Shown here: positions 6,848 through 14,812 of the stretch, piece after piece | Numbering within the stretch: the stretch's first letter is position 1 | How the letters are laid out: every line of letters starts with the position of its first letter | Assembly: GCA_043805315.1 (NCBI GenBank) | Contig: JAZDID010000120.1 | Span: forward strand, 1-45,680 | Length of the DNA: 45,680 nucleotides | From: Nanobdellota archaeon | Lineage (GTDB): Archaea > Nanobdellota > Nanobdellia > Woesearchaeales > JAHJEM01 | Reading direction: 5' to 3' | Made by a program: the position numbers and the translations under genes | The notes under the pieces: generated by a model | The model's database searches: none | What the model was told of the DNA's origin: nothing | What the model saw: the letters and a program-made list of their open reading frames with translations, nothing else

Positions 6848-7408
6848 TTACGTGCATATCTCCTTGGCAATGGCCTCGTTGATCCGGAGGATGTTCTGCT
6901 TTGCCTGGACCATCTTGAAATGCTGCTCGAGGAGATAGATATGTTCATCAGTGTGGAGCTCTTTGATGAGCGGGATGCCCTTGGAGATCATGTTCTCCAC
7001 ATATTCCTGCACCATCTGCTCAGTGAAGCCGAGGCGCTTCGCGATCTGGCGCACTGTGACTCGTTCGCCTGCATAGATGACCATGAACACCTCCTGCTCG
7101 CGGTGGGTCAGCTCGATCCGTGCAGAAACTGTCTTCTTGATCCGCTCAGGAAGGAGCATCATCTCGATCGCGTCCAGGCGCTCAGAGAGCTTGTCGATCT
7201 TTCCCTCAATCTCAGCCAGGTACTCGTAGTTCTGCTGGATCTCAGAGGTGTTCTGGTTGATCGTGTCCAGGTGCTCGTCAAGCTCTTCCTTGATAGTTGA
7301 GAGGGATTCCCTGAACTGAGAACCGAGCTTCTCGACTTCTTGACGTACATCTATGTCTTTCAGCAAAAATACTTCACCCCAACTGGAAAATGCTATGCAA
7401 CAGCTCAT
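6848..7408 (-). CDS. Coiled-coil protein with C-terminal HTH (LuxR/GerE-like) domain, putative regulator
   Basis: N-terminal heptad-like charged region. The C-terminus ELTHREQEVFMVIYAGERVTVRQIAKRLGFTEQMVQEYVENMISKG resembles an LT-x-RE-x-EV ... HTH module. The start is uncertain because a TATA-like box abuts ATG 7408. Confidence 0.6.
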   Translation of the reverse strand: MSCCIAFSSWGEVFLLKDIDVRQEVEKLGSQFRESLSTIKEELDEHLDTINQNTSEIQQNYEYLAEIEGKIDKLSERLDAIEMMLLPERIKKTVSARIELTHREQEVFMVIYAGERVTVRQIAKRLGFTEQMVQEYVENMISKGIPLIKELHTDEHIYLLEQHFKMVQAKQNILRINEAIAKEICT

Positions 7409-7495
7409 TTAAATAGTTTGTTATGCTTGAAACTATATGTTTTGGGGCTTGAAAAGAAGTCATCGACGAAGGGATACTAGATGTAGTGGTATCAT

Positions 7496-7891
7496 TTAGT
7501 AGGATTCTATCTTCAGCTCTTCAATCCTCCTGAAATGAGTCGTGTTCCGTGTCAATATGGTTTCACGATGGATCTTGGCTATGCCTGCAATCAAGCTGTC
7601 TTCAGGATCAATGACTTTTCCTGATTCTTTCAAATATGCATGGATGGTGCCTGCCTCTTTTGCAGCAGGAATATCAAAGGAATACGTGGCGAGCGATTCC
7701 AATAACAGGCGTATCTTCAACCTCTTCTTTTCATGAGTCAAACTGCCGACTCCCTGCCAGATCTCAAATACAGAAACAGTTGTGGTTGAAAGAGGGATGT
7801 TCCTCTTTTCAAGCTCCTTAATCCTTCCTATAATGTCAGGCTCTCCCCGCAAGAGATCAATCAGGGCTGTGGTGTCAAGAATCACGATCAC
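7496..7891 (-). CDS. vapC: PIN-domain ribonuclease toxin VapC
   Basis: 131 aa with N-terminal IVILDTTALIDLL (acidic D) and a later DPEDSLIAGIA acidic motif. Typical PIN length. GTGA start/stop overlap with the upstream antitoxin ORF. Confidence 0.88.
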   Translation of the reverse strand: MIVILDTTALIDLLRGEPDIIGRIKELEKRNIPLSTTTVSVFEIWQGVGSLTHEKKRLKIRLLLESLATYSFDIPAAKEAGTIHAYLKESGKVIDPEDSLIAGIAKIHRETILTRNTTHFRRIEELKIESY

Positions 7892-8109
7892 TCACTTCCT
7901 GCAGCCCGTTTCCTGCTCAGGGTTCTCGCTGCTTTCACGTCGTTTTCTAGCGCATCTGCTTCTTCGCTTGTCAAGAGACCGCTGAACTCAAGAAGGCTGA
8001 CTTTATTCGTTATCTTATTGATGACGTCGCTGAAACTCTCTTTTTCGTTTTTTTTTGCCATGAGCCGTTCATAGGTTTCTTCAGTTATGGAGATGGTCTT
8101 GGTTGCCAT
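7888..8109 (-). CDS. vapB: VapB-type antitoxin
   Basis: 73 aa. TISITEETYERLMAKKNEKESFSDVINKI matches the archaeal VapB antitoxin pattern. It overlaps vapC by 4 nt. A TATA-like TTTATATATTTTT (plus coordinates ~8142-8154) lies upstream on the minus strand. Confidence 0.8.
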   Translation of the reverse strand: MATKTISITEETYERLMAKKNEKESFSDVINKITNKVSLLEFSGLLTSEEADALENDVKAARTLSRKRAAGSE

Positions 8110-8173
8110 GTATGGATGTATGTGTATGCAGTTTATATATTTTTCGATTTATACACTCACTGGGATTCATCGA

Positions 8174-8181
8174 TTTTATAA
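8174..8181 (+). promoter_or_regulatory. TATA box for the methyltransferase gene (leaderless spacing)
   Basis: TTTTATAA ends 26 nt before ATG 8207. Confidence 0.5.
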
Positions 8182-8206
8182 GTTTCTTAACATTTCATTA
8201 TTTATT

Positions 8207-8842
8207 ATGAAGAATATCTCCAAATCCAGCCTTGCCATCCTGCTCTCCCGGCTCAAGACTTTTGAAACGCCATCCTTGAAGGCAGAGCAATACACGACAG
8301 ACTCTGAAATAGCAGCGACAGCGCTCTGGGACGCCTATATGAAAGGATGTATCAAAGGAAAAACAATAGCTGACCTTGGCTGCGGCACAGGAACGCTAGG
8401 GATAGGCTGCCTGATTCTCGGAGCTGGAAAAGTGTATTTTATTGATAATGATAGCGCAGCCCTGGAAAGTGCCAAAGAGAACCTTTCCTTTGCTGAAAAG
8501 CTGGTGAAAACACGGCTGAGCGCAAAGGCAGAGCTCTTGCACAAGGACATTGCTGATTTTCATACTCCTGTTGATCTTGTGGTGCAGAACCCTCCATTTG
8601 GCACGCGAAACAAAGGTGCAGATCTTGCATTTCTGATGAAAGCAATGGGGCTGTCTCCACTAATCTATAGCTTCCATAAGGCAAGCACATTGGATTACCT
8701 GCAGAAGTATGTTGCTAGGCAGGGGTTTTCAGTGGTGCAGGCAATGAAGTTCACCTATCCTCTTAGCCAGACCATGCGCTTCCATAGGAAGAGGATAGAG
8801 CGGATTGAGGTCGTGTGCCTGCATATTGTGAAAAGAAGATGA
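8207..8842 (+). CDS. SAM-dependent methyltransferase, COG2263/METTL5-like predicted RNA N6-adenine methylase
   Basis: Motif I DLGCGTGTLGIG and motif IV VVQNPPFGTR. The ORF run begins at 8087, but MKNISK at 8207 follows a TATA box, and the upstream residues look non-coding. Confidence 0.85.
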   Translation: MKNISKSSLAILLSRLKTFETPSLKAEQYTTDSEIAATALWDAYMKGCIKGKTIADLGCGTGTLGIGCLILGAGKVYFIDNDSAALESAKENLSFAEKLVKTRLSAKAELLHKDIADFHTPVDLVVQNPPFGTRNKGADLAFLMKAMGLSPLIYSFHKASTLDYLQKYVARQGFSVVQAMKFTYPLSQTMRFHRKRIERIEVVCLHIVKRR

Positions 8843-8866
8843 TAATGGAAATCTCCTGTAACAAAC

Positions 8867-8876
8867 TTTATAAATA
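8867..8876 (+). promoter_or_regulatory. TATA box for rpoL
   Basis: TTTATAAATA ends 22 nt before ATG 8898. Confidence 0.5.
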
Positions 8877-8897
8877 ACCCCTTTTTTCAGCCTCTTC

Positions 8898-9176
8898 ATG
8901 GAAATAACTGTTCTCGAAAGCTCGAAGAAACGGCTTGTCTTTGAATTGAAAGGCACTGACCATACGTTCTGCAATGCGCTCAAGAAAGAGCTCTTGAATG
9001 ACAAAACCGTTACCATCGCGACGTATTCCATCCGCCACCCGTTGATTGCCATCCCCAAGTTCATCATCGAGACAACAGGCAAGGATCCGAAGAAAGTGCT
9101 TGCCGACGCAGCACAGCGGCTGAAAGAACAGAACTCTGAGTTCCTGCAGAAGTTCAAAAGGATGATTGCGAAGTGA
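8898..9176 (+). CDS. rpoL: DNA-directed RNA polymerase subunit L (Rpo11)
   Basis: 92 aa. MEITVLESSKKRLVFELKGTDHTFCNALKKELLNDKTVTIATYSIRHPL matches the Rpo11/RpoL fold signature (G-x-DHT-x-x-N ... HPL). Confidence 0.85.
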   Translation: MEITVLESSKKRLVFELKGTDHTFCNALKKELLNDKTVTIATYSIRHPLIAIPKFIIETTGKDPKKVLADAAQRLKEQNSEFLQKFKRMIAK

Positions 9177-9271
9177 ATCTCTCTTGATTTCTATTCATTT
9201 CGTCTTAGACGCCACCAAAGGCGCAGCAGTCAAACAGCTTCTTGAAATTACTCACGCGTAAACCCAAACTC

Positions 9272-9278
9272 TTATAAA
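9272..9278 (+). promoter_or_regulatory. TATA box for the polyprenyl synthase gene
   Basis: TTATAAA ends 23 nt before ATG 9301. Confidence 0.45.
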
Positions 9279-9300
9279 CAACCTTTTATCATTCCCCTCG

Positions 9301-10380
9301 ATGAACCCCCTGATTACCCAATTCAAGCAACAGCTCGATCCTGTCCTCGAGCACTATCTTGACCAGAAGATCAGGCAGCAGGACAATATTCTGGTCAAGC
9401 AGATGTACTCTGTCCTGAAAGACTTCACCATGCGCTCAGGAAAGCGGATCAGGGCAAGCATCACCTATCACGGCTACGCGTGCATCGCAGACATCCCGAA
9501 AAAAAAAGAGAAGGACCTGCTCTTCGCCTCAGGAGCGATCGAGATCATCCAGTCCTACCTGCTCATCCACGACGACATCATTGACAGGGATGTCCTGCGG
9601 AGAGGAGGGCCGACTGTCCATACCTTCTACCAGCGCCTGTTCAAAGAGATGCTCAATGACCACAAACATGCAAGAGCGCTCGACCAGCATCTCGGCACCA
9701 GCTTTGCCATCCTCATCGGAGACCTTGCCAACGGGCTTGCACAAGACATCATCCTGAACTCGCGGTTTCCAGACAAGGCCAAAACCCTTGCTGCTGAAGC
9801 CATGAATTCCCTGACCCTGGAAGTCGTGCATGGCCAGGCACTTGATATCGTCGCCGAGATCGACCGGAATCTCACAGAAGAGGACGTGCTGAAGATCCAA
9901 GGCTTGAAGACAGCCAAGTACACAGTCGAGGCTCCCTTCATGATTGGTGCGATTCTTGCAGGCGCAAATGAACAACAGAAGAAGACGATCTCAGCATTTT
10001 CCAAGCCGCTCGGCCAGGCATTCCAGATCCAGGATGACATCCTCGGCATGTTCGGCAATGAAGCTGAGACAGGAAAGTCTGCGATGTCAGACCTGAAAGA
10101 AGGCAAGATGACACTCCTCATCGTGAAAGCCCTGGAAAAAGCAAACCCGAAAGAGAAAAAGATTATCCTCACTGCATTAGGTAACTGCGCGCTTACTCCT
10201 GCTGAACATGCAGCAGTCAAGCGGATTGTCCAATCAACCGGCTCGCTGGACTATTCCAAAAAACTCGCGAAAAAGCTCTGCAACCAGGCATATGCGATAC
10301 TGAAGCAAGGGAACTTCAGGAGAGAAGGGGTGGATTTCATCCGCACCATCGGAGAATGCATTGTCAACAGGACAACATAA
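9301..10380 (+). CDS. idsA: Trans-polyprenyl diphosphate synthase, probably geranylgeranyl diphosphate synthase
   Basis: First aspartate-rich motif LLIHDDIIDRD, second FQIQDDILG. Tyr five residues before the first motif suggests a short (C20) product. Confidence 0.88.
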   Translation: MNPLITQFKQQLDPVLEHYLDQKIRQQDNILVKQMYSVLKDFTMRSGKRIRASITYHGYACIADIPKKKEKDLLFASGAIEIIQSYLLIHDDIIDRDVLRRGGPTVHTFYQRLFKEMLNDHKHARALDQHLGTSFAILIGDLANGLAQDIILNSRFPDKAKTLAAEAMNSLTLEVVHGQALDIVAEIDRNLTEEDVLKIQGLKTAKYTVEAPFMIGAILAGANEQQKKTISAFSKPLGQAFQIQDDILGMFGNEAETGKSAMSDLKEGKMTLLIVKALEKANPKEKKIILTALGNCALTPAEHAAVKRIVQSTGSLDYSKKLAKKLCNQAYAILKQGNFRREGVDFIRTIGECIVNRTT

Positions 10381-10388
10381 TACAAGTA

Positions 10389-11102
10389 TCACTTCCCGAA
10401 CCTTCTCTGCCTGTGCTGGTATTCCTGGATGCACTCGACCAGGTCTTCCTTCTCGAACTCCGGCCATTTCTTCTCAAGAAAAATCCATTCGCTGTAATTG
10501 CTCTGCCAGATCAGGAAATTCGAGGTGCGCCTTTCGCCGCCGGTCCTGATGATCAGGTCAGGCTCAGAATTCAGGTTTAGATGGTCAGAGAACAGCTCCT
10601 CGTTGATCTTCTCGACATCAATCTCACCCATTTTTGCCTCTGCCGCTATCTTCTTGACAGCGTCCAACACCTCTTCCCTCCCGCCATAGGCCATGGCGAA
10701 GTTAATGAGGTACTTGTCATGCTTCTTTGTCTTTTCCATGATCTCCTGCATGAGCGCGTATATCCGTTGAGGGAACATCTTGATCCTGCCGATGAACCTG
10801 ATCCGGATCCTGTTCTCGTCAATCCTCTTGTCCACGAGCAATTCCCGTGCAGCATCCTCGAACAGCTGCATGATGTAGTTGAACTCCTCTTTTGGCCTGC
10901 TGAAGTTCTGGATTGAGAACGCATACAGGGTGACTTCGTGGATCTTGAGGTCACCGCACCATCCTATCAATTTCTTTACCTTCTCCTTGCCCCATTCATG
11001 GCCTTTCCAGGGCTTGAGCATGAGCTGCTTGGCAAACCGCCTGTTGCCGTCAAGGATGATGCCGATGTGCCGAGGCACGTTCTCTGGAAATTTCTCTTTC
11101 AT
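10389..11102 (-). CDS. uppS: Cis-prenyltransferase (undecaprenyl/dolichyl-type diphosphate synthase), archaeal type
   Basis: Motifs HIGIILDGNRRFA, YAFSIQNFSRP and RTGGERRTSNFLIWQ. Convergent with idsA across an 8-nt gap. Confidence 0.92.
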   Translation of the reverse strand: MKEKFPENVPRHIGIILDGNRRFAKQLMLKPWKGHEWGKEKVKKLIGWCGDLKIHEVTLYAFSIQNFSRPKEEFNYIMQLFEDAARELLVDKRIDENRIRIRFIGRIKMFPQRIYALMQEIMEKTKKHDKYLINFAMAYGGREEVLDAVKKIAAEAKMGEIDVEKINEELFSDHLNLNSEPDLIIRTGGERRTSNFLIWQSNYSEWIFLEKKWPEFEKEDLVECIQEYQHRQRRFGK

Positions 11103-11122
11103 GGCATTTTAAAAATAGAAGT

Positions 11123-11137
11123 GGTTTATAAATATTA
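11123..11137 (-). promoter_or_regulatory. Promoter box GGTTTATAAATATTA upstream of uppS
   Basis: The TATA core lies ~23 nt from ATG 11102. An identical 15-mer occurs at 13821-13835. Confidence 0.55.
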
Positions 11138-11157
11138 CTGATAATTGATTTATTCTC

Positions 11158-11709
11158 CTAGACTTCAGCCCTGCAGTCTGGGCAGACCAGAGAGCCTTGC
11201 TTCTCAGAGATCTCTTCAGAAACCTCGCCGCAGATCTCGCAGATGCCCTGGTGCGCGACGCGCTCGTAGACCGGCTTCTTGGTCTCCTCACGCAGCTCGA
11301 TCTTCTCGACGATGATGTCAAAAAGCTGCGGCTCTATCTTCAGGATGTCCTTCAAGGTGATGAAGCCGATGAGCTTCTTGGTGCTGTCAATGACCGGCAG
11401 GTGCCTGATGTCATTGTCCCGCATCATGATCAGCGCGTCATAGATGTCTTTCTCAGGAGAAATGGTGACGAGCTTGGTCGTCATGACCCTGGAAACAGGA
11501 GTTTTTTTCACGTCAAGGTCAGAGATGACTGCTTTCCGCACAATATCCTCCTCTGTCACGATTCCCTTGATCTTGTTCCCTGCGCTGACGAGTATCGAGC
11601 CGATGTTGTGCTTCTCCATCAGCTTGGCGCAATCCCTGACAGAAGTGTCCTCTGTTGCCGTGACCGGCTTGGTCGTCATGCCATCATGGACTGTGAAGCC
11701 TGTCTTCAT
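11158..11709 (-). CDS. CBS-pair domain protein with C-terminal zinc ribbon
   Basis: Two CBS motifs (..NIGSILVSAGNKIKGIVTEEDIV.., ..IRHLPVIDSTKKLIGFITLKDIL..) and a CEICG...CPDC ribbon. The ORF track starts at GTG 11718, which lies inside the SD AGGTGGA, so ATG 11709 is the more likely start. Confidence 0.85.
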   Translation of the reverse strand: MKTGFTVHDGMTTKPVTATEDTSVRDCAKLMEKHNIGSILVSAGNKIKGIVTEEDIVRKAVISDLDVKKTPVSRVMTTKLVTISPEKDIYDALIMMRDNDIRHLPVIDSTKKLIGFITLKDILKIEPQLFDIIVEKIELREETKKPVYERVAHQGICEICGEVSEEISEKQGSLVCPDCRAEV

Positions 11710-11820
11710 GATTTCCACCTAAAACCCATAATTTATGCAGGTAGAGGCTTTTTGGTTTAAATACATTGTGGTGCTAGAAAGAAGTGATGGCAAAAAAAGC
11801 AAGAATTACCTGAGAAAGCA

Positions 11821-11843
11821 ACAAAAAAAGAAAAAGTGAAAAA
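11821..11843 (-). terminator. Oligo-T tracts after the nucleotidyltransferase gene
   Basis: Plus-strand A7, A5 and A5 runs (11823-11829, 11831-11835, 11839-11843) read as T-runs on the minus strand, directly after the TAG stop. Confidence 0.45.
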
Positions 11844-13766
11844 CTAATAGTTCACCAGTATCTCCACGTCCCTGCCGAAGATCTGCTTGAGGTTCTCGAA
11901 GATCGGCTCTTTCACAAAGACTTTCGGCGGGATCTCGATCTTTACAAGAGCCTGCTCGAGTTCTTCCACTGTTGATTTCCGTATGTTCGCGAGCGAGCCG
12001 TCCTGCTTGATCTCTCCGCGCGAGATCTCCTTCTCCTCATGGTCAATGTCGTGGATGATGAACGCGTGCTCTCCTAAGAGGATGACCTCGCCGTACTTGT
12101 CGCCGTGCTTCACCCTGATCTTTGTTCTCTCGAGCTCGCGGCCGCGCTTGCGCTGGATGTACTCGATCAGGAACTTGATAAGCTCGCGGCCTTTCTTTGT
12201 CACGTTCTGGATGTCGGTCTTGCTCAGCTTGCGTTCGTCATAATCCTTCTTCGCCTTGATCAATTCCTTGAGCATGCGCAGGAACTTCTCCGGGATCAGG
12301 CCTTTCTTGACCAGGCTGTGCTCGAATGCGTCGACGATTGATTCATCCTCGACTTTCTCGATGTTGCCCTCGATGCGCATGATATCCCTGATAATGGTCA
12401 CGACCTGCTCGTACGTGTGCAGGACAGACTCTTCCTCCCGCTTCTTCTCGATCTGCGTGAACAACTTATTCAGGCGCTTGAGGAATTTCTCAGCGTCGCT
12501 CAGGAACGTGTCCAGGTCTGCGCCGGTCAGGTCTTTCTTGTCACCGTGCTCGAGATCCTTCCGCAGCTGGATATTCCGTTCGAGTATCTTGACATACTCT
12601 TCTTCCAGGAGCTTCTCCTTCTTGACAAAGATCTCATTGAGCAATTGGGGAGTCTCCTTTGGCGTAGGTGGAGGGATGCCGTACATCATCAATGCTGCCT
12701 GGCTCGGCGTCAACAATGCATAGAACAGGTCTTCCATGCCCAATTCCTTGATCCTGAACTTCACCCGCTCGATCATCTGGTCTCCGGTGTGCATGAACAT
12801 CTCGATCGCTTCAGGGCTCGGCTTCACTTTTCCCATCTTCAAGAGCTGCTTCCAGGGCATGAAAATACCTCTGTCATAGAAGGGAATCCCGTCCCTGAGG
12901 AATGTGAATATGATAGGATTAGCTTCCTTGATATTGTCCCAGAAGTCTGTCAGGATGTAGACTTGGATGTTGATCTTGTTCTCGATCCCGGTCATCTTGC
13001 CTGCGTCATAGCCCATACCGATGATGATCGCTCGTAATTTGTCTTTCAGCTCTGCACGGGTCATCTTCTTCACATCCGTGTCATCAATGACAATGAAGAC
13101 GTCGATGTCTGACTTCGGCGTGGCCTTTCCCTGCACCAATGAACCTGCAAGCACATAGCAGACAATGTACTTCTCGAACTTCTTCAAGACCATGGTCTTG
13201 TGCACTTCAGAGATCTTGATGGCTGCAAGCATGCCTTTGTCATAAATCGGCGCAGCGAGCGAGATCATCTGCAGGAGATCGTACTTCGCGTCATAGCAGG
13301 ATTGCCAGAGCTCTGACAAGAGCATGGTGTCTGGCAGCAGGTTCTTGTCAACCTCTACTGCGATGGAATCAATGATCTTCAGCAGCTTGTCCTTGAGCTC
13401 ATACTTCGGCATCTTGGTGCTGTCAGAATCATCCACCAATATCAGGACATTTATCTTATCCTTCTCCTTTAGATCCTTGCTCGGCGGCAATAATGCGATG
13501 CCCATGATGTACTCGGCAAACTTATCCATGACTTTTTTCTTGAACTTCTCCAATACCTCTTTGAGCTCTTCGAGTTTCTTTTTTGCCTCTTCAGGAATAT
13601 CCTGCATAGCCGTGAGCTCCTTCCTTGATTCGTCCTGCAATTCCTCCATAGCCTGCTCAGCATGGCCAGGATGCCTTGGAACAGTCTGCGCTGGCAGGGC
13701 AGCTGCAGGAGTTATCTTGTGCTCTGAAGAAATTTTCTTTGGCGTTTGCCGGTGCTTTTTAGACAT
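11844..13766 (-). CDS. Tandem Pol-beta-type nucleotidyltransferase-fold protein (degenerate plus canonical domain) with long helical C-terminal region
   Basis: Canonical motif AGSLVQGKATPKSDIDVFIVIDD. An upstream degenerate copy, INVLILVDDSDS, lacks the G-S. The ORF run starts at 13787, but ATG 13766 carries AGGTGAT 5 nt upstream. Confidence 0.72.
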   Translation of the reverse strand: MSKKHRQTPKKISSEHKITPAAALPAQTVPRHPGHAEQAMEELQDESRKELTAMQDIPEEAKKKLEELKEVLEKFKKKVMDKFAEYIMGIALLPPSKDLKEKDKINVLILVDDSDSTKMPKYELKDKLLKIIDSIAVEVDKNLLPDTMLLSELWQSCYDAKYDLLQMISLAAPIYDKGMLAAIKISEVHKTMVLKKFEKYIVCYVLAGSLVQGKATPKSDIDVFIVIDDTDVKKMTRAELKDKLRAIIIGMGYDAGKMTGIENKINIQVYILTDFWDNIKEANPIIFTFLRDGIPFYDRGIFMPWKQLLKMGKVKPSPEAIEMFMHTGDQMIERVKFRIKELGMEDLFYALLTPSQAALMMYGIPPPTPKETPQLLNEIFVKKEKLLEEEYVKILERNIQLRKDLEHGDKKDLTGADLDTFLSDAEKFLKRLNKLFTQIEKKREEESVLHTYEQVVTIIRDIMRIEGNIEKVEDESIVDAFEHSLVKKGLIPEKFLRMLKELIKAKKDYDERKLSKTDIQNVTKKGRELIKFLIEYIQRKRGRELERTKIRVKHGDKYGEVILLGEHAFIIHDIDHEEKEISRGEIKQDGSLANIRKSTVEELEQALVKIEIPPKVFVKEPIFENLKQIFGRDVEILVNY

Positions 13767-13820
13767 GGAATCACCTTTCACATGCATGATTTACAAGGAT
13801 GCTCTTTAGGGGAGAAGGGG

Positions 13821-13835
13821 GGTTTATAAATATTA
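13821..13835 (-). promoter_or_regulatory. Promoter box GGTTTATAAATATTA upstream of the nucleotidyltransferase gene
   Basis: Identical 15-mer to 11123-11137, located 36-57 nt upstream of the two candidate ATGs. Confidence 0.5.
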
Positions 13836-13892
13836 TGATAAAGAAAGCAGGAAGCATTCGGAGTGGAAACAGGAACAGGTAAAAAATGATTC

Positions 13893-14681
13893 TTATGCAG
13901 GTTTTTTATACTCCTCTTTCGGAGCTTCCTCCATCATATACGGTTTCAGATGCTTCTTCTCATGGATTCCCTTGATTCCATGATACCTTTGGATATTGGT
14001 AGACGGGTCTGTCATGATGGCATCAGAAAGCTCATCTTTTTTGATCCTGTGCTTATATTTTTCTTTCATCTGAGTCAACAGGTAGACATTAAAGCTTTTC
14101 TTGCCATGCTTCTCTGCGACATTTTCTCTATGCTTCTCTACGCGAAGTTGAATGAGCCTATCTGCCAAGCTATCAGATACCTGGCCAAGGGCTTCATAAA
14201 ACCCGTCCTCATCCCCGCTCTTCAACCGGCTGACCAAAGAAGAAAATTCCTCATTTGACATCCCTAAATGCTCATGTGCGAGGCGATAGAGCTCTTGCAG
14301 CTTTTCTTTCGGCCCTTCAAATTTCTCTGATTCGAGCCTTGCCTTGTAGAACTCGGCGTCTTCACGCTCAGCTGGGCCGAGATTGGATAGGGCTTCAATG
14401 ATATATTTTTCAAGGATCTGGTTGATGGTGTTGTCATCGGTTTTTGCATGAAGCTTGTTCTTTGCAGCGAACTCTTTGGTTGCGTGATAATGTTGCTGGA
14501 AGAATTCCTGTGTGCCGACTTTTTTCTCACCAATCTTAAGGTTTTCAAACTCATGCAGTTTCATTTTTCTCCGTGATTCAGGAGACGCATACTTCAAGTG
14601 CTTCTCAAAAGCCTCTTTTTGTTCAGGAGTCAATTTCGCGTATGTTTCCTCGACGAATTTTTCAAGCCCTTTCTTTGCCAT
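13893..14681 (-). CDS. Hypothetical helical K/E-rich cytoplasmic protein (262 aa)
   Basis: The ORF track starts at GTG 14690, which lies inside the SD GGTGAT. ATG 14681 (MAKKGLEK) follows 4 nt after that SD. A TATA-like TTTATATAGAG on the minus strand (plus coordinates ~14741-14751) lies upstream. Confidence 0.62.
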   Translation of the reverse strand: MAKKGLEKFVEETYAKLTPEQKEAFEKHLKYASPESRRKMKLHEFENLKIGEKKVGTQEFFQQHYHATKEFAAKNKLHAKTDDNTINQILEKYIIEALSNLGPAEREDAEFYKARLESEKFEGPKEKLQELYRLAHEHLGMSNEEFSSLVSRLKSGDEDGFYEALGQVSDSLADRLIQLRVEKHRENVAEKHGKKSFNVYLLTQMKEKYKHRIKKDELSDAIMTDPSTNIQRYHGIKGIHEKKHLKPYMMEEAPKEEYKKPA

Positions 14682-14812
14682 GACTATCACCTTGGATAAA
14701 ATTGAGCATAACGCATCTTTTTATTAAAATAGGCGGTTCTCTCTATATAAATTTTTCTAAACTCGCCTCATTATCTCTTTGATTTTCATAATCATCTCTT
14801 CAAATTCCATCT

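Noticed and set aside
6213-6948. ORFs 6213..6599 (-), 6642..6938 (+), 6663..6857 (-) and 6712..6948 (-)
   Set aside because: They run through the padR frame or through the repeat arrays and the C-rich repeat copy B. Their sequences are Cys/Pro/His-rich with no start signals, and the three repeat copies do not conserve any reading frame.
9627-10220. Minus-strand 197-aa ORF inside idsA, and similar ORFs inside uppS and the NTase gene
   Set aside because: They are antisense to genes with clear catalytic motifs and have no motifs of their own.
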